DNA from: Octopus bimaculoides
Lineage: Eukaryota
Direction of reading: 5' to 3'
Length of the DNA stretch: 63,649 nt
Assembly (NCBI RefSeq): GCF_001194135.2
Contig: NC_068984.1
Location: 72,599,574-72,663,222, forward strand
The first letter of the stretch is position 1, and each line of letters starts with the position of its first letter. The notes under the pieces are model-generated. The model made no database searches, had not been told where the DNA came from, and saw nothing but the letters and a program-made list of their open reading frames with translations. This document shows, in pieces, positions 39,923-53,460 of this stretch. The position numbers and the translations under genes were made by a program.

Positions 39923-40005
39923 TGCTTTATTTTCTTCTAAAGTTTCAGCAAGGGCTTGCCGTTGTTGTTCAGAATAATCTTTCCAGTAGGTTTCAGGAAT
40001 ATTTG
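39923..40005 (-). CDS. GMNN: Geminin coding exon 4 (T-NIPETYWKDYSEQQRQALAETLEENKA)
   Basis: ttttttcag|CA AAT...GCA|gtatgg; 83 nt, phase 1/0. Matches the geminin signature P..YWK..AE.RR.AL.E.L.EN. Confidence 0.92.
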
Positions 40006-40187
40006 CTGAAAAAAATATTGTCATCATTATTACATAAAAAAAAAAAAGAGAAAAAAGAGAAAGAAAAGGCAGTACAGAACAACTGAAAGCCAATGAAGCA
40101 GCCTGACCTACACTGCTCAGCTTGGTAGAAATAACAGTCAAAGTTTCCTAAAATCAGTCGTAAACAAACAAAAGAAAAAAGTTGCAG

Positions 40188-40527
40188 GTATGGTTTTGTG
40201 GCAAGAAATTAGCTTCCCAACCCCTATGGTTTCAGGTTCAATCCACCTGTTTGGCACCTTGGGCAAGTGTCTTCTACAATAGTCTCAGGCCAATCAAAGC
40301 CTTATAAATGGATTTGGTAGAAAGAGAAAGAAACCCATTGTATAAGTGTGTGTGTGTGTGTGTGCGTGCTAAGTGCTTGTCTGCTCCTTCTACAGCTTGA
40401 CAACCAGTGGTTTGTTTATGTTCCAGTAACTGAACTGGTTCAGCAAAAGAGACCGAAAGAATAAGTACTGGGGTCAATTGCTTTGGCTAAAGCCTTTCAA
40501 GGCAGTGCCCCAAGCAGCAGTCCAATG
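40188..40527 (+). mobile_element. SINE family A
   Basis: Same family; lies in geminin intron 3. Confidence 0.8.
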
Positions 40528-41689
40528 ACCGAAGCAAATGAAGATAAAAACCCCTAATGAAATAGAACAGAACTCTTACTCCAGTGAATTAAATTCTAAG
40601 ATGATGTGGTGACTAAATCCTTATCCACCTCCTCCACTTAAAGTCAGCAAAATTTGTAAATCTATTTTGATACTTAGATTACTCAACTCTGAGATCAAAG
40701 CATTCAATTGCTTAAATTCTACTTCATGAATCAAAGGTTGAAGAATACCTAAGTAAGATATCACAGCAAATTGCTACAAGGTGTGAAGGAAACCACCAAA
40801 GGGTGAACACTGTTTCAACTCCCACCCACCTCCATCACTACTTCAACTTCTAAAGTTCACATAGGCTCAATGGGACACTTAATATTAAAATCCAAGTAGC
40901 AAGATGGCAGAATCATTAGAAAGGTGAATGTAATGCTTAGCATCCTTTCGGGGGTTCATAAAGCACCAGATAAGCACCGGCATCGATATAATTGACTAGC
41001 ACCCTCTAAAATTTCAAGGGATAAAAAAAAAGCAATGAGTGCAATCTGATTTAATGAGTACCTTAATTCTAATCTATGACAACACATACATGGGTGTTCA
41101 AATTCCTGAAGAAGATTACAAAAAGAAAAATCAGTTGAAATGATCCCTTGTCTAATGTATTGAGTTTAGTTTACACATATGCAATGCTGGTTGAAAAACT
41201 GACTTCCTCTAAAATTACACAATAGCATCAAAACATTTCATAAATCAAAGATATCAATTAAATACTAAAGATGAATAGTTAAGATTATATATAATTTCAT
41301 AACTATTAACCTTATCTTTAAAGATAAAATATTTACAGCTATATTATGTTTCAATCAATTCAATAACCATCCTTATCCTGAATGTATACACAGTACCAGA
41401 CAAATTCAAACACCCACCCGCCCACCATCACCATCATACACACACACACAAACTAAATTAGCATTCTTATATCCAAGTATATAAGTCAGTAGCCTTAGTG
41501 GATAAAGTAATATTTCCAAGAGCTTTATTCAAATGACATCTGATTTTTTTTTTTGTTGTTGGTTGCAGTTTTTGCCCAACCCTCATCAACCATGACTATC
41601 CAGACTTTTGATTAAGACATCCCAGCTGTAAGCATCCTGTCTTTTTCTACTACATACACAGGCAACCAATTTGTCCAATGTTGTGGGCT

Positions 41690-41866
41690 CATAGGTGCTG
41701 ATGACATGTAAGCACACTCAGTACACTATATCAAGTGACTGGCATTAGGAAGGGCATCCAGCTGTAGAAACCATGTCAAACACACGAAGCCTGGGAAGCT
41801 CTTTAGCTGGCCAGCTCCAGTCAAACTGTCCAGCCAATGTCACCATGGAAAACGGACGTTAAATGA
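41690..41866 (+). mobile_element. RTE 3'-tail repeat copy
   Basis: ggcattaggaagggcatccagctgtagaaa...ccatggaaaacggacgttaaatga. Confidence 0.7.
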
Positions 41867-42315
41867 GGTTTTCTAAAGCAGTGGGAAATAATTTATGAGA
41901 GGTTTGTTTGACAGCTATTTCTATTAAGCAACCACACAAGATCCCACAATAGCTGCTATACACTATACTTGAAAATCACAATCCTATTTGTTCATCATAC
42001 TGCCTCAAGAAGTCTTGACCAACATGTGCCAACATGGAAAAAGAAAGACGTATGCATAAACACATCTAACAAGTTACAGTAGCTATCTCCTATTAATTTT
42101 CACTCACAAGACTGACTGATGGCATCAACTACTTGCCAAAGATGCTGGACATTGTGATCAAACTTGAAACCATGCAGTTGCAAACATCTTAATCATATTA
42201 AGAAGATGCTTTTAAACTAAAGGTAAAACATCAGATCGAATTATCTCCAATCTATACTGTAAATATTGTAAGAAATAAACATATGTAAAAAAGTTAAGAT
42301 CATAAGGAAAAGAAA

Positions 42316-42603
42316 GCATGGCTGTGTGGTGAGAGGCTTGCTCCCCAAACACAGGTTTACAAGGTCAGTCCCACTGTGTGGCACCTTGGGCAAGTGTTTT
42401 GTAATGCAGTCTTGAGCCAACTGAAGCTTTGTGAATGGATTTGGTAGAAACAGATTGGAAGAAACGTGCCTGTGTGCATTTATATGTACACACACACACA
42501 CACACATGTATTTATATCTCCATCGATTGACAACTAGTATTGGTGTATTTTCATCCCAGTAACTTAGCGCTTTGGTAAAAGACTACAACTAAAGCAAGTA
42601 AAA
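42316..42603 (+). mobile_element. SINE family A
   Basis: Same family; ends about 80 nt from the geminin exon 3 donor. Confidence 0.8.
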
Positions 42604-42682
42604 GTATATATAATCAGAAAAGACACATAGAAACTAAAAGAAAAAAAGTGAAATGAAGAGGAGCTGAAGGAAATATAATTAC

Positions 42683-42857
42683 TTTCACACATTAATTCAT
42701 TAGCCTCCTTTTCTGCGCTCTCTATGTTGGAGGTCTGCACAAGCCTTCTCTCAGTTTCTGTTGCCTTCCCTTCTGGTTTCGGTGAGTTTAAGTTCAGCTT
42801 TGAGTCTTGCAAAACAAGTGTTCTCTGTGTGGAATCAACCAACTTCGATTTTCCTGA
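42683..42857 (-). CDS. GMNN: Geminin coding exon 3 (SGKSKLVDST...AEKEANELMCE)
   Basis: Branch-point-like TTAAC and T-rich tract, then aaacag|TCA...GAA A|gtaatt; 175 nt, phase 0/1. ELM precedes the conserved YWK motif as DLM does in other geminins. Confidence 0.85.
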
Positions 42858-43850
42858 CTGTTTTACCACCATAATAGAAATAAACAGTTAATTTTTGAAA
42901 TAAACTTACAAAAGAAAAAGCAAAACTATTTTATAAATAATAGATAACATTTTCATTAAAATATTGTGATATTGGTTATTTGTATTGTGAAAGTTCAAGC
43001 ATTCGATAAACATTTTTCCAATTAAGAATATGATTCAAAAATTTATCTCTTAAAAAGGATAAAAGTTTTCAAAACAAAGTATAACTATATCAAGTTAGAA
43101 AATTTAACTTTTTTTCTTTTAGAGATTATTTGCTAATTTACTAAGAAACTATATTAAAAATTGAAATCTCCCAACATTTAAATAAAACTGCAGATATTGA
43201 CTTTTAAGATTGTCCACAAAGCTGATTTTCGCTAAGTGGAATTTATAGCTGTTTGAATTCTCGCCAATTGCAAAGAAAATTAATGGCTAGAACTCAAAAG
43301 GGTAAAAACAGAATGCTGATAGGGATTACAGCCATAATTAAATTAAACATTACAAAGCACTTTGTATAGTGTTTAAAAACCGACTGAATCACCACCTAAA
43401 TATAACCAACTTACAACCAAGATGCTCACTCAACTTATAAGAAATAGCTGTTCCAAATCTTCTCTAAATCACACCACTTATTACACGAGATTGCTGTAAT
43501 TTGAATGTAGATCATAGGTCAACTCATTTAGAGTAGCCAGTTTACTTTTCTCTCACCAAAATTAAAGACCACGAAAGTTAAACATTAAACTCCTGTAAAC
43601 TATAGTAGTCACTGTTTAACCACAAGACAATACTGAGCAAGCAGATCAATGATCTAAAGCACTTCAGTCAAAAACTTCCTAGGGTTCTTAAAGCTATTGT
43701 AAAGTACAGTACCTGGTATATCTGGTGTGGCGTTAATGACAATTTGGTTAGTATTCTAGTGGATTGACCAAACAACCAGAGAGGCTTCTTTGCTGACTTG
43801 TAATTTATCTTGATGACTCAGCAGAAACGAAACTGCCCTACACTTTTGAC

Positions 43851-44300
43851 TTAACCCCTTAGCACTTAAACCAGCCACACCCAGCCCAAATATTCTACCC
43901 ATTTTATGTTCAAACCAATCAAATCTGACCTCTCACATCTACCCTACAATGTTATTCTTTAAATAAACAATCATCAACATCATCATTTAGCGTCTGCTTT
44001 TCCATGCTGGCATAGGTTAGACTGGAACTGGCAAGCAGGATAGCTACACCAAGCTCCAGCCTGATTAGTTATGGTTTCTATGACTTGATGCTCTTCCTAA
44101 TGCCAACCCCTCCAGGAGTCTAATGGGTGCTTTTTATGTCCTACCAGAATGGCTGCTGGCCACAATTATGATTTCACTTGGCTTGATGAATCATATCTTT
44201 CAAAATCTCAAATGCTACAAAATAAATGCGTGATTAATTGAAAACAGAATGAATGAATAAGCATTGTATTTAACAAAGTAACCTGAATGCTAAAGGGTCA
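43851..44300. mobile_element. piggyBac-like MITE (TTAACCC..TAGCA family) interrupted by an RTE-tail insertion at about 43974-44200
   Basis: Ends are ttaacccCTTAGCA and aatgctaaaggg. The internal sequence matches copies at about 29247-29465 and 32534-32746. Confidence 0.7.
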
Positions 44301-44541
44301 GATTCCATTAGGTCAATTTTGTTTTTCAACCATGCCAAATTAAGTTCAGCTAGTGTAATGAAGATAGCTTTATCAATTCTTTTACCACCACCACAAAAAG
44401 CTGGTCTGTGCTTATATTTGTAGGAATACAACTCAACACATGAAAGAATAAACAGCTCAGTAAGTACAACTGAACAGTGTAGTTCAAATCACTGCTCCAT
44501 ATACAGTTGCAAGAGAAATANNNNNNNNNNTGATGATGATG

Positions 44542-44570
<29 letters not shown>

Positions 44571-44574
<4 letters not shown>

Positions 44575-47500
44575 GGCATTGCTAGGGTAAGTGGTGCCCA
44601 AGGCAAACATCAAAATTGCTCTGCACCTCAACCAAAAAGTGGAAACTCACATAGAAAAAAATAACTGATTTTTAAAAATTGCAATAACATTTAATTAAAA
44701 ACTGACGAAAGATTACAATTTTATCCTCCATACCTTTAAGGAAGCAAACTGATCAATAATTTGTCTAAAATCCTTTCTCTCAAATTCATGACTTCCCATG
44801 CTGAGAAGGGCGAGATAATTGAGTTGTTGCTGGCTCATGGAGGTTCTCATATACGAAAGTATTAATTTCAGCTGGCTGAAAGACCTCTCACAGCTGGCAA
44901 TTGAAACAAAAATTGTCAGCATGATTTGTAGGCTGATTCACAAATTTTGAAAAATGCATTCATCTCCAAATTGAACAATGAATTCAAGGAGGGCTTCTGG
45001 TCTTGTAATCATTTTGGCTGTCCAAGTGGTCAGCAATGCTCTACAATTCAGTATTTCTTTGAAAAGGTGCTCTCCATTAACATCAGAACTGCATATGCCA
45101 GCAAAGACAGTTGCACTTCTTAAAGGTAGAGTTGTCAGAAACAGTTGTGTAGCACAAGCTACGGACATCGAGAAGAAAACCAAACAAAGTCAGTTTCGTT
45201 AAGGCGAGTGAACCATTCTTCCATTTCAGTTTGAAGACAATTAAGACCATCCTTCATTATTCTTTCCAACTCTATCCTCGTGGTTAGTTTAGCGTCCTTA
45301 ATATTTTCACCAGTGGATTGACGTCTTTCTTGCCTTCTCTGAAAACCGACATTCCATTCCTGGCACAGAGCAAAGCCATCTTCAAGGGACTCACAAATCA
45401 AAGATTCTCCATCTTCAAAATAAATTCAAAGAGACTTGATAGCAGCAGCAGCACTGTGAAGTTCATACTGGACTCTCAAAGTCTCTTTTGCACCTGGTCA
45501 ATGCAAGAGAGAGAGAATCTTGTTCCAGAATCCCTGCAAGTTCAAGAAATAGCGGAGCATCCAATTATAGAAATTGCAAGCATTACTCCTGGTCTCAAGT
45601 CTCGGTTTCATCATCACTAATTTTTTTAGAAAACTTGAATTAGTGAGAGATAATTCGCCACTGGTCCAACTGCAGCACTTCTTGCACGCCAACATGTATT
45701 TGACAGATATTTGACTAAGAGTTTCCCAGCGCAATAGCGAGTCACTTGTGCTAAAGAAGTTGATCATAACCATATTGTTTTTGGCTGCATGTAGACCTGC
45801 CAGATTGAGGGAATGATTGTCACAATTATCGAAGTGTACCAAGTTCTTTTTCTGAGTCTTTGTTGAACCCCACTTCGGTGCCAGCCATTATAGCAGCATT
45901 GTCATAGCATTGTGATCAGTAGTCTTGCAGTGTAAGTTCATCGGTATCTAACTGTCAAAATTGTTTCAACAAGGCTTGCAGAATCTATTTTGCTTATCTG
46001 GATGAATCCAAGAAAAGATTCCTTACAAAGTCTTATTGACATCAACGTCCACATATTGCACAACTTTTGACAATTGCATGATGCGCCTGGTCAAGGGTCG
46101 AATCAATCAGTAGACCGTAATTTCTTGCTTCACGGATAGGCTTCAGTAAATTCTGACAAACTGCAGAGGGCATGATGTAGATGAATTTGTTTTGTATTTC
46201 TGGCGAAAGATATGACATGGATCCAGGATGGTATTCTGTTTGAGGTGTTCTTCCATGACGGGGTCAAATGTGGCAAGCAATTTAAGCAATCCAATGAAAT
46301 TTCCGTTTTTGAACTCATCCTTCAGCTGAATTGACTCTCCATGCCCCTTAGATCCAGATTGTGAGTTACTAGGAATTTAATACAGTGAAGGATTCTAGTT
46401 AAAATTTCATACCACTTCTGTCTTTCATTTTCAATTTGTAGCTGAACTTCCCTAACGATAAGCCCTTTATTTTCAGCGACATTTCCCTCCATTTCTTCCC
46501 ACAGCATAAAGCACTTGCAATGATCCTTGGAATTTTTGTGAATATGCATTCTTTCTGGTGCTTTCCGGTGATTAACCTCACATTCTTGCTGTAATGAAGA
46601 TTGATGCTCTGATCATGAAAAGAAAAGGCAACATATGCGGAATAGACTTTTTTTAAGGAAAGTAAGTCATTAACTTCCTCACCACGACCATTTCCAAGTT
46701 TTTTCTTGAACCAACAACTGTTCATTGTCCATTTATTAGTATGGTAAAAAGGCCCTTCACTATCCTGAAAATATTTTGGACCCAGTTTTAGTATCTCCAT
46801 TCTCAGTGATTCACACATAACTGCTTTCCCAGTCCCCTTGTTGAACTTCAAAAGCTTGATACCATGTTGTACAATAACGTCTGACATGTCAGTTGGAGGT
46901 TTCTCATTTCCATCAAATTTACTTAATTCAGCTGCAGAGTGAATTTTCAATCACATTTACATCATCAGCAACACAACTGCATTCTTCCTCTGATAGAACC
47001 GTATAAACAATCTCTCTAGCAGCTTCACTTTCCACCTCTTCTGGTTTTGACTGACCTGACGTATATTCATCACTGTCATGATGTATTGCATTCAAAACTG
47101 CTTCAAATGCCTGTAACAGGTTCAGCCAACTTTGTTGTGCTGTTTGTCGAACAACAAGGTCCATTCCTAGCAAAATAGGACAATAGCATCTAGCTTTACT
47201 TCTGCCTCCAATTTTTGCCTGTTCTGTCCTTTGGCTCCACTTACCTTTTTCCCAAACATACGTTTGTTATGAAGGAAGAAAACGACAAGGTTTAATGCAT
47301 ATACGCTCATGATTATGAGATTGGAAGGCTACAATGGATATTACAATGTAACTTCATTATTCAGGCTGACACCAGTAATCTAACTTGTTCAAACAATTTC
47401 AAAGAAGACAAGTATATTTTCGTATAAAGTTTATTGTAGAAAAGATTTTCAGTACAAAAATAAGCAAGCAAAACTTGAATCAGAACTTTACAATCACACT

Positions 47501-48169
47501 AAAATTTGCTAGGAAATGAAAATCATGACTTCAGTGTAAGCCAAGCCTACATTTTGTCTCATATATGGTAAAATTGACTTGTGTTTGTGTAATAATTCAC
47601 ACTGGTTTCCGAAAAAGTGTGCCAGACTCAAACCCAGGGAGAGAGAGAGGGAGGGGACATCTTGTTTATCAGTTACCAGACAAAGTGTGATTTCATTCCT
47701 TTTACTCTTGTTGCTACTTATCCACATTCTACTAAAAATGACTGCTAATTTTATACGATTGACTACATTTGTTCTGCAAACCAGACTTCTCTTATAACTG
47801 GGTGCTTCTGGAAGGGGGTCTACAGTCTTTAATAGTCAACCAGTTCTAGAAATACTGGTCCAACAACAATGAGATAATATTGTTAGAAAAACAGAACAAA
47901 ATAACTGTGTAGCACACAAAAGCACATTTTCATGAATTCAAACAGAGTAAACTAGTCGGTGGGGATAGGGGGGTGGGGGTCAGCATATGCATTTTGTGAG
48001 GTCAAGTAAGAAAACCTATTCCGTCTAGTGGCATGGATGGCAAAATCTGAAAAGGCTTTAAATTGTTTTTAATGGCTTAATTAGATAATGATCTTGGCCA
48101 AAATTGCACCCCAATCAGAATGGAATCCAAGACAAGTGCCTTGCTTGCCCCACCCTAGCTATGCCCCTG
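44571..48169 (-). mobile_element. hAT DNA transposon (ZMYM1/DUF4371-like transposase), near full length, decayed
   Basis: TIRs CAGGGGCAT(T/A)GCTAGGGT at 44571 and 48169. Minus-strand fragments (about 47259 to 44713) include WYEILTRILHCIKFLVTHNLDLRG, HCINHSLNL-like FDNCDNHSLNLAG, and the C-terminal dimerisation motif SIASCERSFSQLKLILSYMRTSMSQQQLNYLALLS. Many stops and frameshifts. The TSD is obscured by flanking microsatellite. Confidence 0.92.
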
Positions 48170-48894
48170 TATATGTGTGTGTAGCTGAAAGAAGATTCAA
48201 ATCAAGTAGGTTCATTAACCCTTGATAAAACAAGCTTATAAAGTAGAGCCCTATATAACCTAAACAGATGTTATACCCAAATATACTTACTGTATATAAT
48301 AATTACCTCTGAATAACAGTTCCAGAAAAAGCAACCAGTCTTATAAACACAAGGGTACGGTTTGAATAAGCTGTATATAGTGGTTCAAGAAAAAGGATCT
48401 GCTAAACTTTAATAAGTCATAAGATGACAGATCTTTAGGTCTCACACTGATGACATACAAATTAAAGCTACAAGAAAATGCATAAGATCAGAAATTCTTT
48501 CAGATTCAGCAGCTGCTAAGGAACAAGAAAACTGAATGATTTAATAAAACCAGGTATATTTTCCCTATTTAACCAATCAGGGACTTCATATGCAATTTGG
48601 ACATTTAAAAAAATTTGGGGATTTGACTGATCCAATGCAGTATCTTCTAAGTTGGTCACTAAAGGATTAAGCCCTTCAAACCGACCACCTGCTAACCTGC
48701 TCAAGCATCATATGCATATTATTGCTTACTTTAAATCAGCCCTATGACAACTGTCTTTTTCTCAGGAATCATATATACAGACTACAAAATCCAATGCAAC
48801 ATTTTTAAGATAGTAGGGTGATTTGGATGAGATTTACTTGTTTGAGCAACCTAGTATAAGCTCTCAAATTGGCTCATTTGCAGATTGCTGAGAC

Positions 48895-49218
48895 CCCCTT
48901 CAGTCATGAAGGGCCATGGGATTGCACCTAGAAAGTTACCCTCCTAGGCACAAGTTCGGGCAAGGTTGTTTATGGAAGACCAGCAGTCACCCATGCATAC
49001 CAGCCTCCCCTCTACATGCCACCAGTGTTATCTAAAGCAAAGGCCGATACAGCTTGGCACCAGTGACGTCGCAACTCATTTCTACAGCTGAGTGAACTGG
49101 AGCAACATGAAATAAAGTGTCTTGGTCAAGAACACAACACGCTGCCCGGTCCGGGATTCACACTCACAACCTCACGATCGTAAGCTCAACACTCTTAACC
49201 ACTGAGCCATGCACCTTT
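48895..49218 (-). mobile_element. tRNA-derived SINE family C
   Basis: Minus-strand head GGTGCATGGCTCAGTGGTTAAGAGTG...GTGAATCCCGG has A/B boxes, followed by the body tgtgttcttgaccaagacactttatttc. Confidence 0.7.
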
Positions 49219-50065
49219 GCAGATTACAGATCTAGTTAACCTATGACAAGTAAGCAATATGGATATCTGATATCAAAATGTATGTGGGGGTGGTTCCTTT
49301 CATGGCAAGGTTTCACATGTTATATTATGTAACTGTGTTACAACAGAGGATGAGAGTGAATATTATTTTCTAACTAAACAAAACAGCCCTGCAGTCAAAG
49401 GGAGACGTAAGGAACATTGAACATGGGAAAAATTTGGCTCCAACATACAATGTGATAGCAGCCAGTTATCCTCTTACAAGAAATACTTCATGATGCAGTC
49501 TTTGACAAACTATATCTGTGAAACAAAATGGTGTTTAAATTGAGATCAGCTCTCATCAAGGACTTAAAGGCATTCCAGCCATGACCATCATGTCTTTCCC
49601 ATGAGAACAGGCAACCCAAGACCACATTATCTAAAGTCTCCTTTTGTACAAGAGATTTAGCTACTATTTCTGTTAAGTCAAGCAACTACATAGTGACTTT
49701 TCATTAAATCAGGGCCAGTAACAAGTGGTGGATGGGTGAATGAACAGAACATTTGACAAAATGTCTTACATTGCTATTACATGCCTTTGTTTCAAGTTCA
49801 AATTGCAGAAGTCCATTTCAAACCTTGATTCTTTCAGACTTGATAAAATAGGTATTAGTAAAACACTGAAAGTGGTCTAATACTGTTCCAGTGTTAAAAA
49901 TCATAATTTAAGGATTGGCTAAAATAACAACATGCTAAGCATGAGATTTCAGAATTGGAGAGTCAAGATTCAAATGAAAATGTTTAATCAATTGAAACAT
50001 TTGCATTAGGTTAGCTAGATTCATTTTCCTCAATATAAATTTAAGCATTCTTTTATTTTTTCCCT

Positions 50066-50434
50066 CTACTTATTTCAGTCATTTGACTGTGGCCATGCTG
50101 GAGCACCACCTTTAGTTGAGCAAATCGACCCCAGGACTTTTTTTTGTAAGCCTAGTACTTATTCTATCGGTCTCTTTTGCCGAACTGCTAAGTTACGGGG
50201 ACATAAACACACCAGCATTGGTTGTCAAGCAATGTTGGAGTGACAAACACAGACACACAAACACATATATACCACGGGCTTCTTTCACTTTCCGTCAACC
50301 AAATCCACTCACAAGGCTTTGGTCGGCCTGAGGCTATAGTAGAAGACACTTGCCCAAGGTACCACGCAGTGGGACTGAACCCGGAACAATGTGGTTGGTA
50401 AGCAAGCTACTTACCACAGCCACTCCTGTGCCTG
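50066..50434 (-). mobile_element. SINE family A, near consensus
   Basis: Full head-to-tail copy in geminin intron 2. Confidence 0.85.
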
Positions 50435-51129
50435 CATGTTAATATTAAATTAAAATAAGGCCATGATGTAATAATGTTATATACAAAACTGCTTTTATGA
50501 GGAGAGAAAAAATTAGAAAGGCTATCTCAAAGATCTGCAGCAGGACTTTCAAGGTATGGAGAAATGGAAGAAACCAATTATCATGGAAGCAGTTCAAGAT
50601 GATGTATTATCAGACTGGATTCAAATGCTAGCAAGTGAGCACACTAAAGACACAATGTCTAGACAGTGGCCAAAACCGGACAACAGATTAGATTTAGCAT
50701 TTTGGTACTATGAATAGAGTATGAACTTTTACATTGGCTGTCTTTACATATTTATATTTAGTAATAATGTTAATGTAAGACAGTGAAACAGATTGTCACA
50801 TAGTTAGACTGAGGAAAACAATTAGGCAGAGAGCAACAAAAGACTAATGGTAGCCTGAAGAGACATGTTATGCAGCTAATTGAAGCATCAAGGGGAATAA
50901 TTGCATTAAAAATTTTAAAAAAGACCCAGACACCAGTTACCCTATAATCCTTATTCCCAGAACTGAGCAAGGAATTAACATTATAAAGAGGATTGTGACA
51001 AAAACAATCTTTGTTAATTGTGTTACATCCACGACTTACAACAATGGTTCTCAAGGATTTTTGCCCTCTGATTTTACTTGGGTGGCTCCTCATAACAATT
51101 CAATGCCCAAAAAAATTCTACTGTATCCT

Positions 51130-51745
51130 TAGGTCCAGGAAGACCTGGGATGAGGTGGTGAGGCACAACCTCCGAACATTGGGCCTCACTGAGGCGATGA
51201 CTTCTGACCAAGACCTTTGGAAATACGCTGTGCATGAGAAGAGCCGGCAAGCCAAGCGAGATGTAAATCCAAGGCCTCTGCCAGGGGTGTAGCCAGCTCA
51301 CTTATGGGTACCTTCCTTCATTGGACACTAAACTTCGCTTGCGAAGACTTGTTGAGACAAGTGAAATCGGAATCAAACTAAATTCGACGACTGGCACCCA
51401 TGCCAACGTCGTCTCCTCCATTGGACACGAAACTCGGCTTGTGAAGACCTGTTGGGGCAAGCGAAAGCGTGACTGCATCTGTGCTCAGCGTCGCCTTCCT
51501 GGCACGTGTAAAGACATTCGAGCGAGATCATTGCCAGTGCCGCTGGACTGGCTCCTGTGCAGGTGGCATGTAAAAGCACCCACTACACTCTCGGAGTGGT
51601 TGGCATTAGGAAGGGCATCCAGCTGTAGAAACTCTGCCAGATCAGATCGGAGCCTGGTGTGGCCATCTGGTTCACCAGTCCTCAGTCAAATCGTCCAACC
51701 CATGCTAGCATGGAAAGCGGACGTTAAACGATGATGATGATGATT
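51130..51745 (+). mobile_element. RTE LINE 3' end with (GAT)n tail
   Basis: RKTWDEVVRHNLRTLGLTEAMTSDQDLWKYAV, then a long 3' region ending aacgatgatgatgatgat. Relatively young (CpGs partly retained). Confidence 0.8.
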
Positions 51746-52859
51746 AAGAATTGTTAAAATATTGTGTGACAATAAAATCTTGTAAGGATATCTAAGGGCC
51801 ATATGGACCTCAGTTGAGAACTACTGACATATAACAAGGGTGTAACTAGTTGTCAGAGTAAATACTTTGATAACCAAATGCTTTCTCACTAATCACCATG
51901 AAACGGTGACAGTAATATTAATGTCCATACGGGCAATAATCCTGCCCTTTAGTATCAATCATTGTGCCTCAACATTTACCATCCATGTCTTTCCTATTAA
52001 AACTGCAGTGGATAGGAGAATGTGCTAAACCAATACAGATAGCTTTTGATTTCAAAGCTTTTACATTACGAGAACATTTTGTTGCCAAAAGTTTTATAGT
52101 ATGAGGAACTTGCATGTAGCTCTGATGCTATGTTGGCAACCCCTAGCTAAGTATCTTCATATCTGTTACAATTCAACAGAATGGTTCTTTAAATTGTAAT
52201 ACATAGCATCTTAGCTTGCTTTCCTTTGCTGCTTGTTTGAAAACATTTGTGTTACAAGTTCTCAATTAAGAGATAATTAGGAACAAATAAACTGCAAGTT
52301 GAAAGTTACCTATAATTCTGCTGCCTACCCCCCTCATCAACACATTAAACAGGTCTATGACTAAAAGGCATTCCAGCCTTGATCATTCAACTATTTTAGG
52401 GATATCAAGAGCTTTCTCTAACTAGATCTTGTTTCTGTTTGGAATGGTGGATGCTGTGTACAGAAAGCAGAGAACACATTTAACATATCTGCAGGCTGTT
52501 CAGTAGAAGAGTAAAAATCCCACGAATGTCATTTTGTCTTTTCATCTGCCTAAAAATTTAAAATTATACTAAATACCATGTATCATTTGCAGTTCTATCA
52601 TTTGTTACTTGCAGTCTATGAAAATTATAGACTACAGAAACCAAGTTAACTGAAGACCAAGGTAGCAGATAAATTTGGATGTTCAAAGGTTTGGGGTAAT
52701 CCACTTTGGTTGGAGAGGTTGTCATGTTCCTAGATAAATTTTATTAGGAGTTACTGTTCTAGAAAAGACAATGCCACATCTTCATTGAACATTATCTTTC
52801 TGGTACAGGTTCTATGACTAGATGCCCCACCTAACATCAGCCTATTTATAGAGTGTATT

Positions 52860-53460
52860 GTGTGCATTTCATCATGCACAAGCACCAGTGAAATTGTCCT
52901 GTGCACCACAATAACCTAAGGCATCTCTACTCATCCAAAGCAATATGCCTAAGAGAGTAAATAGAGAGAAGTGTTAAAGTGAGCAGGTTGAAGGAACCAG
53001 AAGTAGGACAGGAGAAATCAAGGATTATAATAGAAGACAGGGACAGTAATGGCAGATTGTAATGGGAGAGAGATAGTAACAGTAGAGGGAGGTAGGAGTG
53101 AGTTGATAACAGTAGAGGCAATGAGAACCAGATTAGATAACAGAAGAGTTTAATGAAAGAGACAGTGGTGGCAGCTATGTGTCTGTGTAATAAAGATTGA
53201 GTGGCAGGTAATAAGGATGAGAAATGGAAAGACTAAGCAATGGGCGACTGTGCAACCCGGAGCATAGAGAGTGATGGCATGTAAGACAAAAACACTGACA
53301 GAGAGGAATGCAAGCAGAACTATACAAGTATTCTTGATAAGAGAGAGAGAGGTAGAGTGATAGGGGAGGTGGGACAGGTAGGGGTACTGAAGAAGAGCAA
53401 GTTTAGTGTAATTGTGCATCACTCAGGGACTTGATGCAATAAAATGAAGAAGGGTGCCTC
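52860..53460 (-). mobile_element. Probable Penelope-like 3' end / terminal repeat remnant
   Basis: Minus strand begins with FILLHQ..., like PLE ORF ends, followed by a pyrimidine-rich tail similar to 20700-21460. Confidence 0.35.

Noticed and set aside
49140-49218. tRNA-like sequence on the minus strand
   Set aside because: It is a SINE head continuing into a SINE body, with an imperfect cloverleaf; not a tRNA gene.
51040-51093. ATG...GTT|GTAAGT phase-0 mini-exon in geminin intron 2
   Set aside because: Weak exon-side donor context and no promoter evidence, next to a LINE insertion; likely chance.
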